Origin: Lama glama
Taxonomy: Eukaryota
Direction of reading: 5' to 3'
NCBI GenBank assembly: GCA_028534125.1
Contig: CM052817.1
Coordinates: 92,072,001 to 92,136,000 of the forward strand
Length of the DNA stretch: 64,000 nt
Positions within the stretch are counted from its first letter, which is position 1, and every line of letters starts with the position of its first letter. The notes under the pieces were generated by a model, which was not told the origin of the DNA, did no database searches, and was given only the letters and a program-made list of their open reading frames with translations. Below, piece after piece: positions 50,670-64,000 of this stretch. Position numbers and translations under genes: made by a program.

Positions 50670-50790
50670 CTTATGGTCCTAAGAGATGAAGTGATTTGCT
50701 TAAAGTCACATGGTTTGTTGGGGAAAAGCCTGAACAAGACCCAATTTCCTGGCTCCCAATATAATATTCTTTGAGTTAGACCAAACTGCA
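50670..50790 (-). mobile_element. MIR fragment
   Basis: gagatgaagtgatttgcttaaagtcacatgg...gacccaatttcctggctcccaa. Confidence 0.65.
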
Positions 50791-53204
50791 CCCCAGTTAT
50801 GGGATGAGAGCCAGAGACAGAGGGGTAGCGGGACCATCTGTTACATTTGATAATCAGAAATTCTGTCTGTATTATACATAGAACGGGGATTATATAACCA
50901 TCCAGAGGAAGTTACCAACCTGGTGTTGATTTAGCCTGAGAAACCTACAGAGAACAGGCCAGGAGAAAAACATAGAAAACCCCCAAAGCTGCAAACTGCC
51001 ACTGAGACCACAGGCTGGACTATTCCACTGCACAGAGAAGAAAGGGCAGAGAACATAAGGCAGAGCCCTCATCAGGGTAAGGATGGGATCCCCGAGAAAG
51101 GGGTTGGGGGGAGGAGACCCTCTCAAGAGGTGGACTCACTTCTCCCTCCAGAACCACAAGCTGCTCTGCTTGAGAAGGACTCGGCGCAGAGGCAGAAGGT
51201 GCCTGGGAATCTGGGTAGGACCAAAAAGGTGCCTCTGTCGGTATCAAGCCAGGAAAGAAAGTCAGAATGAAATTTCCACAAGAAATTCCAGGTATCTCTA
51301 GGAAATGTGCAAAAGCGTTCCCTTTCACTATTTCAAAAATTAATTCTAGGTCATGAAGGGTCAACATCCTAACGTCTCCTAGCGGCCCTTGCCCTTGCCT
51401 ACCTCATTTTCCCCTTCTCTCTAGTTCTCCTCTCCGTGGTCCATCTCCTCCACCTCCATTGGTGGTGACAGTGGGGCCAGAACATCTGCAGTCAGCCCAT
51501 AGTCCCCAGCACTGGGCCAGAGGCTGGGAAGCAGCAAAGGGGAAGGTTCTTTGGATTATCCACCTCTGGCCTTCTCTTGAGATGAGACCTTCTGGGTACT
51601 CCCCACTCTCCTAAATTCATGAGTACCCTCTATGATTTCTGTGTAAGGCATCAGACATGTCATCATCACCATATGCTTCTCTTAATAAGAAAGGACCATC
51701 CCAAAGGCACAAAGGTCATGAGATTGTGTGGTGTTTGGGCAAACAGGTTTTGTTTACCTACTGTAAGGAGGTGCTAAGGTGGGTCCTACGCCAGTGTAAC
51801 CGTCGTCCCTGTTCTCTGGCCTGTCCACACTCAGAAGCTTGTATCTGCCCTCTTAGCATCTCGTTTGTGTCACTAATAACAAGCTTAGGAAAGAGAAGAG
51901 GAGGACAGCCACATACTCTAAGAATGCCTGCATTCCCTTGTCCTTCTCTCCCAGAAGAAAAGAGTTCATCAAGCAAGAGGCTAAGTAAAAACTGGAAAAA
52001 GAGAAGATCCTATTCACGCATTGACACTTGCGACAAAGTCTGGCCTATCTCAACGCATCACTTTCCTTCCACATCTACCTGGTCCCCTCATAGGACCAAA
52101 AAAAAAGGAAAAGCAAAGATGACTTCCAGATAACTATGCTTCTTCCAGCTGTGCAGTCAAGAGGAGGAAAAACCCCTTTCCTGACTTCCTCCAGCGCTAA
52201 CAGAAAACTCTGGCTATTAGAAAAAAGGTTAAATATGAGGCTAGATAATGATATACCAAGGGACTCATGTCAGGGCTGTTTGAACACGACTCAGAAGCAA
52301 TTGCTGTTGAGAGGTGACGACCACTTTAAAGAGCTCTGGAAGAGTCTGCCAGTAGATGCCTCAGTGATGCCCTGGGAGGAGTAGGCTAAAGACCTCTTCT
52401 TTTGCACAAACATCCCTGAAAACATTCGTTCTCCGTTCTTTAACGCAAAGATGACTAGGTACTCGTATCTAGTAATTATTTCCTATACATGGCACATTTT
52501 CCTCTATCGTCCTTTAATTATCGTTTCACAAAGACATAGCTTTATATACACATCATACTGTCTCTTTCTTTCACTGCAATAGGGTATCTGGTCTACACCT
52601 TTAGACTTCACATTTCATTTACGCTAAACAAATTTGTCAATTATTTAGTATCATTGCATCACTAAGCATTTCCTTCAAAAGTCTTATTTGTATAATTTAA
52701 AAACGAGTATGGAACCCTTTCCTGTTCCTGAAACTTGATCATCCCCCCTTAGAAAATGTGTAGTTTTACTCAAAGCACCTTGTCCTATCAATTACAGGGT
52801 TATGAACAATGAGCCACTAAGGCTACCTGGTTGTCTCACCGTTCCCTGGTGCTTCCTAATGATAACTAGATAGTATATAATTACACGGTACCCAGAAGAT
52901 ACTTATAATTGAATCACAGGGCATTTTGTGAATGTTTGGGACAGCGATTAGAGGACCACAAAATGACAGTATTTCTACCTCTCGCCAGCTAGAATGTAAA
53001 TGAAGCACCCTAAAATTCAATTATAAGAGTCCTTCAGGTATTAAATAATTATAATACAAATCACATTAGGGGGCAAGTTTTTTTTTAATTGCACTGTCCC
53101 CATAACCCCTGAAGATTATATTTCCTAATATTTTGTAAACAACACAGCTGGATTTTCAGATTCACAGTTCTTCATTCAACTGGAAAAGCTGTACCAAAGG
53201 TCGA

Positions 53205-53375
53205 ACAACAATAGCCTGTTTCTACTTTTGCTTTGCCACCCACTAATTTGGTGACCTAGTGAGTGAGCTGAATTTCACTGAAGCTCCACTTACCCCATAA
53301 ACATGCTGCATAATTAGAATGTCTAATATTATTGTGCAAATATAAAATGGCTATAAAGATATTTACAAATTTAAC
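53205..53375 (+). mobile_element. MIR fragment (highly diverged)
   Basis: ctttgccacccactaatttggtgacctagtgagtgagctgaatttcactgaagctcc. Confidence 0.5.
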
Positions 53376-54949
53376 TTAATGGAAACCAGGATATTTTGTC
53401 TATCCAAATGGTTACCTATTCTTAACAGCCAAAAATATCTTATCATGTCTTACCCTCATCTTCTTCCTCCTTTCTCCTGGTTTTCTTTCCAGGTCTTTTT
53501 CTTTCTCCCCTATTCATCCCTTCTGCCTTCTCTATCAGCTCACCCTCAGGGGGAGGCTGTGATAGTTGTAGGAAAACCTCCAGGGTGGCTGTGGTTGGCT
53601 TCCAAGTGGCTCAGGGCAAGGAAAGGGAAGAAGAGTCAAATGTAGATCTTTTTCAGTCATAATCTTCTTGCTTTCATCTCTTAAAGGGAGAGAAGGTAAA
53701 GATCACTTCCCTAACACAGGAAACTCGGGAAAGTAAAAGCTGAAATACCTCTCCCCTGACTATGACTTGTGAAAACACACTATCAAGAAAAGGTTCAAAG
53801 GATGTCCACACTAGCAAGGAGCTCCTGCCACCAACCCAGCAAGTACACAGAAAACAGGACTCACTTATTCCTAGGGATGCTCTGAATCACATCCAGGCCA
53901 CAGGCATCAACTCTCCAAGCCCCCAGATGCTACAGCAAGTCCATCCCTACCTACAGCAGATTTGTAACAGATCTGTTCTCCTCCACTTAAAAACATTATT
54001 TTCAAGGCCAGTGATCACACATGCAAAATCCAGGCCTGAAAAAATAAATCAGTTCCCCCTGCAGAGCCCCAGTGTTCAAATGTAACCTCTGATTAGTCAT
54101 TAGTGGAACATCATAGAAATAAATAAATATACATACACATACATATGTATATTTTTTGACAGTAGATTCGGCCTTGGAATGACATTTGTTCTTGAGAAAA
54201 AGAAATTCATTGACCCCAACACCAGAACACAAACTTCACAGGTGTTCTTCAAAAAAAAAAAAAAAAGTCCCACAGAAATCAAGAATATGGTGACATTTGG
54301 TGCTCCCCAATCAGAAGATCAACACCACCCATGTTCGCCTCTCAGCTCCTGAAATAAAAATATTCTCACGCACGCAGCACAATAGCACTGGCTACCGCCC
54401 CTCCGCATGGAGTGTGATTCTCTCAGAGACGGGCCTTCTGCCACGTTTGCAGGAACCACGCTACCAGGACTGTGGGGCCCTTCTGGACCCTCCCTGGCAC
54501 TTTGGAGTCAAGAATCAATCAGGAACCAGAACGAGCGACCATGACTCTATAGAGGCTGAAGTCGTAAAAGGATTCAGGGTGACAGCACAGCTCTGGCCAG
54601 CGTGGGGCACATTCCTGGGGGGGGGGGGGCAGCCAAGGACACCCCTTTGAGGAAAGTGGAGTTAATTAGTCTTTTTATGCACACACACATGCCAGCTTCA
54701 CACATTTGGAAAAACAGACCATGCTAAGCAAAGGGCCTATTTTAGCACCGTCTTGTAAAAACTAGATAGACGGGTACACACGCTCCTTTCGGGCAGCAAC
54801 ACTGGCCCTAACATACTTGCTGGTTTTAGCTATTCTAGCTCTAGAAATGAAAGGGGAATGTGCAAAGTGTAACTTAAAAGCACTAAAAACAAAACCATGT
54901 TCACTCTCACAGGAAGAAGTGAGCTCCGGTGAATGAATGCGTCTATAAT

Positions 54950-55800
54950 AATTAATTGACATTCCTGTAGAAAATGTCCCTTTGATAATGCAGCCACTGG
55001 GCTGCATGGGAAAACGACCCCCATTTCTCCCTGCTGAACAGACGATCTGATCAAGGACCGAAGTAAGGAGGCGTGAACGCTGCCCCAGCCCCAGCTTTTC
55101 CGCGTGGCCTGAGTCGGCCACCGTACGGAACGGCTGGCCGGGAGCCAAGAACCCTCCTGTAGAGGAGACTAGAAGTTTCTGAAGAGCCACCCCAGGCCCA
55201 ACGCTGGGAGAGTCACCCAAACAAAAGCCGGCCACCGAGTTCAACAACTGGCTTGCAATGCGCCATATGCTCCACAATATTGTCCTGCTGCAGCACGGGG
55301 CCCTGTGTGCGGGGTTCCCGTGTGCTGCACAGCTGTCAGCCAGGAGCTGTTTTATCATTATCTTCACTGTTTTATTACTTTTCTGGGAATTCAAATCAGG
55401 GTAACCGTGCTTGATGCACCGGGTGAAAAATGGTGTCTCCCTCCCCTTCCTCCTTCAACCTAATGAATTGCCTTTTTTCATATCAAAGAGTAATGAGCAC
55501 CAAACCACATAATATTTATTCATGGAACAGAAGATGGAGGAGGGGAGGGGGCGGGGGAAGCAGAAGCCGCTCCTGGGTGTGGGGAGAAAAGAGCTAGACA
55601 TTTTACAGGAGCCCTTCGCTCTGATGCCCAGAGACACGGTCCCACGGACCCGGAAATCCAAACCTTTGCTCTCTCCCGACTCTCCTGGGGCTCACCTTCA
55701 AGCTAGTCCCTGGTCAGTGCTAGGAGATCCTGCGACTGAGAGCTGACAGTCACCCATCCCGTAGTCTTGACCGTAAACATTTTCTTTCTCAGGTAAACGT
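54950..55800. promoter_or_regulatory. CpG-enriched, repeat-free segment (weak CpG island; candidate enhancer or alternative promoter)
   Basis: Dense CpGs relative to the flanks (e.g. tcggccaccgtacggaacggctggccggg); GC box ggggcgggg at about 55548-55556; E-box/MEIS composite cagctgtca at 55330. Confidence 0.45.
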
Positions 55801-58800
55801 CCCTAAAACACCTTCTCTTCCCTCTCTTATGAGCATTAAACCAGTATAACTCAGAACATTCTAGATGAGCCCTTTATTTTCCCGTATCATCAGGCAGGAT
55901 TTGGCCCAGTTAAGAGGGGCTGTAGGAATAATGGCGACGCTGGAGACTTAGTGACTCATTTCTTTTACTTAGAGGATGTGAACTGTACCCCCTGCTTTTT
56001 GCCATAATCAGTCGTTCACATTCTGTTCCACAAGTTTTCTTTTTAATCCAAAAAATATAAAATAATGTACAATAGTAGGAATAATTTAACCCAACCTCAT
56101 GGTTAATCTCTTTCTTTACAGACATGGAGACAGTTTAATTGTCCTCTTTGCAAAGGATGCCCAACTTGGGAGGGACAGGAGGGACTACTAAGTCAAGTTA
56201 ATGCTGAATGAGCCGTTTTTCTTGAAGGTCATTTCCCCCAGTGCATGAGTCACCCAAGTGAAAGGAGGACTCTTCTTTAAGGTAAAAAGATACATGCTCA
56301 TGCTAAGAGGCAGATTAAAGGGCATTGAGAACAACATAAAGGATTTTAGCACCAGTGGCTGAGTAGCTGTTTCTTCCTCCCATTTTCATTCCTCAGTATC
56401 TTGAATTTTTCCATTTAAAAATTCTATGTTGAGAATAAAGAAATAAAGACTTTTTTAAACTATGAAAATATTTAAATTCTTAAATATCACACAGTAGTCC
56501 ACTTCTTCCTAAGACCATGGCTGCCCAAGTGGTTGGGAACTTTTAAAATTGAAGAATTTCTTATCTGGATAATTACCCTCCAAGCCAGTAATGGAATCCT
56601 TTGCTTAAGCAACCCTCTTGGCTTCCTCCTTTTACAGTCTCATTTCTGTAAGTCTGTCAAAGCTAATTATCTCTTTGCAAATTTACTGCTCTTCAATGTA
56701 TCAAACACATACATTACAAAAAGTTGAAGAAAACAAGTGAAGTGTGCATTACACTGTGAAGGAAAAGACAGACATAAATAATTATCCAGAGTATCCACTC
56801 TCTGTTAATAGAGTAATGAAAATGGCATTAGGAAGAATGGATGAGAATACCAAAGCCAGCCAGTCCCCCTTCCCTCTTCCATATATGGTCATCCCCGCCT
56901 TCATGAGCCAATACCAGAAACTCCTACACCATCATTTTAGGGTAGAGAGGGAAGCAAAATTCTTAGGTTGGCAATCCTTTGACATTCCAGACCGCAGATA
57001 AACACGAAGCCTACCAAACCAGTAACACAAACAGCCGGCACCTCAGCAGAGGGAACAAAGACCTGATTCTCCCAAGCATACACTATCATTAACCTCCCTT
57101 CCTTGAAACTATTGTTAACGTATTTCTGAGTGTTCCAATTCCAATCTCAGACCACAAACTTAAAGTTAAGAAAAGGCCCCTGAATCCTTTCAATCTAAGA
57201 ACAGGATCAAACACTGGGGGCGGGGTGGGGGGTGGGGAGCTACAATCCATTTGAATTTCAATAGCTGAGGCCCCAGATATTCCAGATCCCCAAAGTCCAG
57301 TTTATCCTACTTTGCCACCCTCTAAGTTACCATGACATGGTCCAAGTTCATCCTGGGCACCAAACCTATTCCACTCTAATGCACGCCACCTGCCAAAAAC
57401 ATTTTTTTCAGTATAGTTATTCAATGTTATGACAAATAAGTTTTTCAAATCCTCCTTCAACACATTCTGAGAAGTAAGCAGCATGAAATCCAAATTTAAA
57501 CTCACTGTTTCCAGGCTTCGTTGAAGAAGCAAACGTATGTGTTTTTAAAAATCCAATAGCAGCTGCAAACCATTGAGGAATTCCCAGTTAAACCGCAAAA
57601 TGCGTTTTCAACCGTTTACCCGTAACAACTTCTCAACTGAGAAAGTTGATTCTTTATATAAACCACCTCTGTTTACCCAACATCAGGGAATCTCCAGGGA
57701 AAGGGCTACTGCAGGATGTGAAGAGGGAGAGAACATTACAATCCGGGAGGTGCTGTTCTGCACACACCACTGCGAGGAAATACCTTAAGTGATTAAAGAT
57801 ACACACCACCTGCATGCTCTTAAAGGCATGCACGCTCTCAAAGGAGTCCATGCTCCAGACACACGCTCCTCCCATGGCGGCCAGGAGGAAGGATGGAAAC
57901 CAGTGAATTAGAACCAGGGACAGAAGGAGCCCAGAAAAGAAGATGTGAGCTGGCACAGGGCATGTCTGCTTTACCCATGCTGGGAACTCCAGCATTATTA
58001 TCACTCAACTGTTCTGAAGCCAGAACTCAAGAATGAACAATTAAAATGGTCTCATTTCTTTTACTTAGCATCCAGAAAATTTTGTCAAGCTCTGACATAT
58101 GTCCAATTTCTTGGTGTTAATGTGAACATTAACCTCCAGATATGCCTCTGTATGAATTTATATCCACTTCCCAAAAAATAAGTCTGAAACACTTACTTTT
58201 TGTAAGATATGTTTAAAAAAAAAAACTCCATGATAAGGTAAGACTTGATTCTGGTCATTTATTATCTGTTACAAATCATCTTTGGACTCTTCCAAAAAGA
58301 AATAAAAGAATGATTTCCAAAGGAATTAGAAATTAGAAGTTTACTGCAGCATAGCCATAATCTCACTAGTCTTTGGAAAGCAATTGTATTTAATCACTAT
58401 AATCAGACCGCCATGGAATAACTAATATTCAAAACAGAGAACCATTTGTCTGTCTACAATCAATGTACAGGTAAACATTATATTTGATGCAAAATGCAAG
58501 TCAGATGACACCTCTCCAGAGGGACGGTAGACTCGCAAAAACTAAACTTGACCATTTAAACTTGGCTGTCAGCAGGAAGAGTCAAAGATTGAAGTTGTAT
58601 TGCATGACCAGAGCAGCGACTTTAAGGATGTCTTCGTTGATCATACTGGCTGGCCTACTTTCAAGATTAGAAGCAAGTTTCTTATTTTATGTGCAACCAA
58701 CTCTCGCTATTCAAGCTACTAAAGCAGAACATAGTCTAACTGTCTTTACACTGAAGCCTCCTCCTCTAAAGTCAGCACTGAGCACATGGCTGCATTAGCT

Positions 58801-59329
58801 TCACTGGCCAAAGGGGTTTTTCTTCACTAAGATGCTACATGGTGCAGCTAAAAGACAGAAAATGCCTGCCACTTATCAGTATCTAGGCCATGAATTGAAG
58901 CAGAATGCCTGGTTTATTGGAATCACTTGGGAGAGAATGACCTCCAAGGTTGAGGCCAATCATCTGCATCTCCAACCTCAGTTTATTCCTGTGGCTCAAC
59001 ATTTTGTACCAGTTTCCAGGTCCTGCCATCACTGTGCCAAAGGTAAAACATGAGGTGTTGGTAAAGGAGATAGGGAGAGAGAGACACTAGATGCCAGAGG
59101 TACATGAGGCCAGGAGACAGCCAAGTGGGGGATCCTCATTCGAAAACAGCAGAGCCAGCCAAGGAGCAGCACTACCACGTAGCTTCATTTGGACTCCAGT
59201 TCAAACTGATCTTAAGACCTAAAGGAAAGTCAAGTAAGTGGAGATGACTCCTTGAGAGAGAGTGGTTAGTTAGAAAAGGCAGCTGCCCACACAACCTTTC
59301 AAGAACGAACCCTTCAGTCAGATGAAAGC

Positions 59330-59735
59330 AGAATAATGCTGTAGCCAAGAGTGTGGATTCTGGAGCCAGACTGCTCCCGCTCTGTAAAAACAGACTACGG
59401 CTCTTAGGGTCTCGCTGTAGGGAAGCTGCCAGGGCAAAGGTAAATCAAAATGACCAAGAAACCCGACGAAGGGCAGTCTTCAGACCATGTCAGCCCACAC
59501 GTATAATGAAAACTGATAGGACTTCTCACTGTTGAAACAAACGCTCTAAGGTGACTGTCGAGGCAAGCCCATTTTGATGCATTTTCTACAGTGGGCCAGG
59601 TCAGCAGGTTGTTATTACCATGTTACACAGATGACTGGATTAGTCAAGGTAACTGAACCTGTAGGAAGTGGCAACTCACAGACCTGTGGTTTTTACGACC
59701 ACTCAAACCTGCACCCACTGCCCTCCCTGCACCGA
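59330..59735. mobile_element. Two MIR fragments tail-to-tail (+ then -)
   Basis: aagagtgtggattctggagccagactgc (+); ttattaccatgttacacagatga...caaggtaactgaacctgtaggaagtggca (-). Confidence 0.65.
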
Positions 59736-60179
59736 ACTCTAGCAATAGCTGAAATACCTTTTACAAATAAAGCCACGCAGGCCTGGGAAACACAAAGCTC
59801 AGGAATGGTAAAGAGACCCCAAACTCATTCAAGATAGTGAATTTCCTGCTTTCACAGCACGAGCAGGAGCTGGTTAACTAGACTTCCACTAACTCCGTCG
59901 TTAGGACCAGATGAAAAGAAAAAGTCATTCCTGGAAAGTGTGTGGCCAAATACACAACCTTTAAAAATTAACAGTGTTAACTGTAGACAGCAAAGATCCA
60001 GACCAGTTGGTACAGTGGACACTTTTTTTAAGCCATATTTCTTCAGGAGACACAATTAGCATTTGCCCTAAAATGAGCTATAATAAGATTCGGGTGCTAT
60101 GTTGAACCATATTAGGTTAAGAGACTTTTCTGGCCAACTTTTTCTGTTTATACATATTACATATGGAAAAGAGTCCAAA

Positions 60180-60770
60180 TCTGTGCTACAGAAATGCTCA
60201 CATATGTACAAGGGACATATGGATAAGGGTGTTCACTGCAATAAAGTAACGCTTAATTGGCAAAAATTGAGAAACTACCAGAGTCTCTCATAAGGGGATC
60301 ATTCCACAACTTATGGAACATTTATATTATGAAATGCAATAGAACAGTTTAAAAAAATGAGTTAAGGATCTATATGAATTGACTTGTACAGATCTCCAAA
60401 ATACATTATGTAGAAAAACTAAATCTCAGAACCGTATTTATAATATGATTCCATTTATGTAGGAAAAAACTAACATGTAGTGATATGTATCCTATAGTAT
60501 ATACATATACAAAAAGCAGGAGGTCTGGAGAGATATTCTAAACCATGGTGACTTCTGAGAGGAGGGGGAAACACTGAGGCAGAGGAATTAAGTCACTTTG
60601 TCTACTCATTTTCATTTAGCAATTTATTCCATAAATATTTAGAGTTCCTCTCATGTACAGGAAGGTCTTTTTCTATCACGAAGATATAAAGATGAACAAA
60701 GAGACAAAGCTCTGTCCTCTTCTAACTGGGATTGTATTTTTATATTGCTTAAAAACATTACAATTTTAAA
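60180..60770 (+). mobile_element. L1ME-like 3' end with an L2 3' fragment (-, about 60607-60730) inside
   Basis: aagggtgttcactgca...ttatggaacatttatattatgaaat...gatctccaaaatacatt...tataatatgattccatttatgta; L2 catttagcaatttattccataaatatttagag. Confidence 0.75.
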
Positions 60771-60844
60771 AAGAAGAAAGATGTTGTCATCTCTTCTCCA
60801 GCTTTTCAGCTAATTGAACTTTTGCTGGATCGTTTTCACTCATC

Positions 60845-61190
60845 AAGACAGCCCATTTCATCTGTGAACAGCTTCAATTGTCATATAATTGTTTTTTATA
60901 TATATATATATTAAACCAAACCTTGCTCCTAACAACCCACCAACCACTGATCCTAACTCTATCCCCTTGAGGCCATAAAGAGCATTATCTAATCCTTTCT
61001 CCACATGACAGCCCCTCAAATATTTTAAGAAAGCAATCATATCATCCCCTAAATCAGACTAAACACCTCCAGGTCTCCCAGCTATTCTTCATGTGATACG
61101 GTTTCAAGTCCTTGCACCTTCCTGCTCCTGCCTGCTTCTTTCTAAATGCTCCCCCTCTTTGTCTAATTTACTCTAAGAGCTTGATGGCAA
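60845..61190 (-). mobile_element. L3/CR1 LINE ORF2 C-terminal relic
   Basis: ORF 60858..61040 (MIAFLKYLRGCHVEKGLD...RFGL...KNNYMTIEAVHR) resembles the CR1 ORF2 end (FKYLKGCHVEEG...RFRLNIRKNFLT.RAV). Confidence 0.85.
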
Positions 61191-61524
61191 GTCGTGATTA
61201 TGGTGCTACAAGTGTCACCTATTCAAAAAAAAGGAAAGAAAGGTGATCATCTGCCTCACTTTTAACAACCATCCTTTAATCTTATTCTCCACCACACCAA
61301 CTAATCCTCTCCCCTCTACAAAGTGATTTGATTTGAAAAACAATGAAATAAATGTTGCTATAGAGAGAATGCAAGGGAGCCATAGCTGTAGGAAGCTTGC
61401 AAGAAGATAACCGAGCATTTAGTACCCTTAGGATTGTCCTAAATGTTAGCTTATTAATGACCTACATGAACATGTTCTTAAAAGACCACAAAGACCATTT
61501 CATACAGCTAATCTGAGACACGGA

Positions 61525-61635
61525 CTGATGCTCTGCTGTGAGTCCAACTAGAGCAAGGACCTCAGTTCACTTTGTGTCCCCAGTGCCTAGAAATAGTGTC
61601 CAGTATATAGCAGTCACTCCATATGTAGCCATGAG
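61525..61635 (+). mobile_element. L2 3' end
   Basis: ctgtgagtccaactagagcaaggacc...tttgtgtccccagtgcctagaaatagtgtccag. Confidence 0.7.
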
Positions 61636-62069
61636 ACTTTGGTTTATGCATGAGTGAAATAAACCTTAAATCACTCAACTTTAAGTCTGCACTTGGGTGA
61701 GGGGCACACAATTAAGTGACAGGAAAGTAATTCATAAAAATAAGCTGAGCATTTGTGTAACCCCAGAAAGTCTCTGGGGCTCTTACTTATATTAATTCCT
61801 TTGAGCTGAACAATCACTCTGAGAGGCAAAAAGAATGACTTGTGTTCACCTTCCTAACCAGACAATCATGAAGGGAAGAGCCAGACCAGCACGGGGCCAG
61901 AGCTGAAACACGACATGGCAGTGCTGTAACTTCTTCCCAGGACCCTCTACCTCATGGTAGCACCCCACCCTCCTCCACCCTGTAAGCAGTAAGAGTGTCT
62001 CTGAAAAGCTGTGGGGAAAGTCACACTCTGTACTTTCAACCTTCTCCTCGGAAAGCTCCTTGTTTCAGG

Positions 62070-62278
62070 CAGGGTTTCTCAGCTGCAGCAATACTGATAT
62101 TTTGGACAGGGTGGTTCTTTGTTGTGGGCACACTGCAGGATGTTTAACGGCATCCTCAGCTTCTACCCACTAGACAGCAGTGGCACCCCTCCAGTGGTGA
62201 CAACTAAAAATGTCTCCCAACAATGCCAAATGTTTTGGGGGAGGGCGGTGCAAAATATCCACCAACTGAGAATCTCTG
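62070..62278 (-). mobile_element. MER20 hAT-Charlie DNA transposon, full length
   Basis: Terminal inverted repeats cagggtttctca / tgagaatctctg; ggcatcctcagcttctacccactaga, gtgacaactaaaaatgtctcc. Confidence 0.92.
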
Positions 62279-64000
62279 AGTTAGAGGAATTCTACAGTAA
62301 ATCAATTTAAATGGCTGAGGTAGTCATTTAAGGAAGCATGGAAATATTTTAGGAAGTAATTTTTTTTTCCAGATATAAACAATATTGCCATTAGCTCTGG
62401 AAAATATATATTTGAGTTTAAGTAAGGTCTGCAGTTTCAGAATTGACTAGTAAAAGCATAGGTTATCACTGTAAACTCCCAAGGCACCAGGATACACTCT
62501 GTTTACCCCAAAGGAGTAAAACCAATCACCTCTCTTCTGTTTCACTTGCCATCCATTCCAGGAGCTGCCTCCAAAATCCTCATCCCCTTTTGGCTCTCTT
62601 TCTTTACCACTGGAGTTCCTTAAAGCCCTTTACTGGGTTCCAGTCCCTTTAGATTCACTCTCAATCATTGAGCTACTTTCAGCATCTAACAAACAATCAA
62701 AGAAAGAAAAATAACCCACCACTGTGAGAATAAAGGGCACTAGGAGAGCTTGTCTTTTACAGCTGAGCAATGCTTCTGAGTCCCAGCTATGACCCAGGCT
62801 GAATCTGCACAAATAGACTCAGCACTTCAGCCTTTTCCTTTGAAGGGAAAGAAGCCCCTGTCCTGACATGAGTTTTCTAGAGGTGCAGAAAGATACTGGG
62901 AGAGGGAAGGAGAGAGACACAGGAATGTATCCTAATGATGTCTTCACATGCACAGTGAACACTTAGATAGTTAAGGACTGGAGAGTCCATAATATGAAAC
63001 ATTACACAACCAGATTCTACCCAGCTGGAAGGAGATTGAAGGAGTTAGGAAACTCTGGAGGTTGGTAGTTTAAATATTCCACTCAAGTCTGCTATGGTTG
63101 TTAAGCCATTGCTTAAGGAGGATGAATGTTAGTCATTCTTTTTAAAAGATTCTACTTCAGCATGAAGGTCCCTCCAACCAATGGGAGGTCCAATATAATT
63201 AAAAAGAGGTGTCTAAATTATCCTTAAGAAATCACTTAAGAAATGACTTTCCTTAAGTCAGAGGAAGTACTGTAAGCCTTTTGAGATTTTTATTAAATTC
63301 ATCCCAAGAACAGTTTAAACAGCTTGCCATAAAAAAAAAATTTTTAAGTAAAAACCTGAGTCATAGTAATTTCCTTTTCCTACACACATGTGTGGTGGCC
63401 CTAAAGGAACACTGTGCTTCTTTCCCGGATGGAGCTGCTTATCCACAACTCAAAAGCCCCTCAACTGTTTAACAGATGGAACAGCCAGGTAGACTTTAAA
63501 AAGTGCACTCCTTCTCTGATTCACGGAATGGAACCCTATGATCTTTAAGTATTTATTATACAGTAGGCCCTCAACTCCATCTTCTGAGTATTTTATCCAA
63601 CCGTATTACTTTAGTTATTTAAACTTCGTTAGATTTAAACAATAACAAAAAAAGGTTTTTTTTCCTAAGTTAAGGAAAAGCAATTAGCTTTTGGTAAAAG
63701 CTGATTTTCCAAAAGCTCCATTTCTATCTCACAGACATGAATAATGAATTTTTGGAATGGGTCTGTCTGAAAAGCATTCTTCTATTTTTAATGAAAATTT
63801 AAGTTAGGGGATCCAATAACTTTGATGTGGTCATTTGTAAATCAACTTTTTTTTCCCCCAGAAACAAATGTCTAATTAGTTTGAAACAACAGAAAACTAA
63901 TGAATATTATTTTACTTACAATGTCATGGGAAGGGGGTATAACTCAGCCTGAAACTGTTGAGAAGTCACTGGCATCAAGTCTAATACTGATTAAAAAACA

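Noticed and set aside
63928..63948. SINE 5'-end-like gggaagggggtataactcag
   Set aside because: Only ~20 nt of similarity, with no B box, tail or TSD
1..64000. Prokaryotic-type systems (CRISPR arrays, operons, defence islands, IS elements)
   Set aside because: The sequence is eutherian repeat-rich non-coding DNA; I saw no regularly spaced direct repeats or gene-dense segments

Overview
Mammalian (eutherian) non-coding genomic DNA, most likely camelid: it carries a Vic-1-type tRNA(Ala)-derived SINE and cetartiodactyl-type L1 3' ends, and I recognised no Alu, Bov-A/BovB, PRE-1 or Can-SINE. I cannot support any protein-coding gene, RNA gene or prokaryotic-type system. The ORF track consists of chance ORFs, decayed LINE frames and N-gap artefacts. 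The window reads as a long intron or intergenic stretch with about 40 interspersed repeats (MIR, L2, L3/CR1, old L1M, younger L1 with target-site duplications, MLT1 LTRs, MER20, a hAT-Tip100 end), microsatellites, a 500-N gap and a few CpG- or motif-rich patches. The + strand looks A-rich by eye (not counted), which would suggest a host gene on the - strand. The best leads are: a TSD-bounded chimeric L1 insertion carrying ~115 nt of non-L1 sequence (6131-6398); a minus-strand cryptic/poison-exon architecture whose donors lie inside a (UG)n tract, like TDP-43-repressed exons (29983-30152), with neighbouring exon candidates; and a SINE with an extra captured tail (39074-39269). Repeat names come from recalled consensus similarity. 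Boundaries are approximate unless a TSD is quoted.
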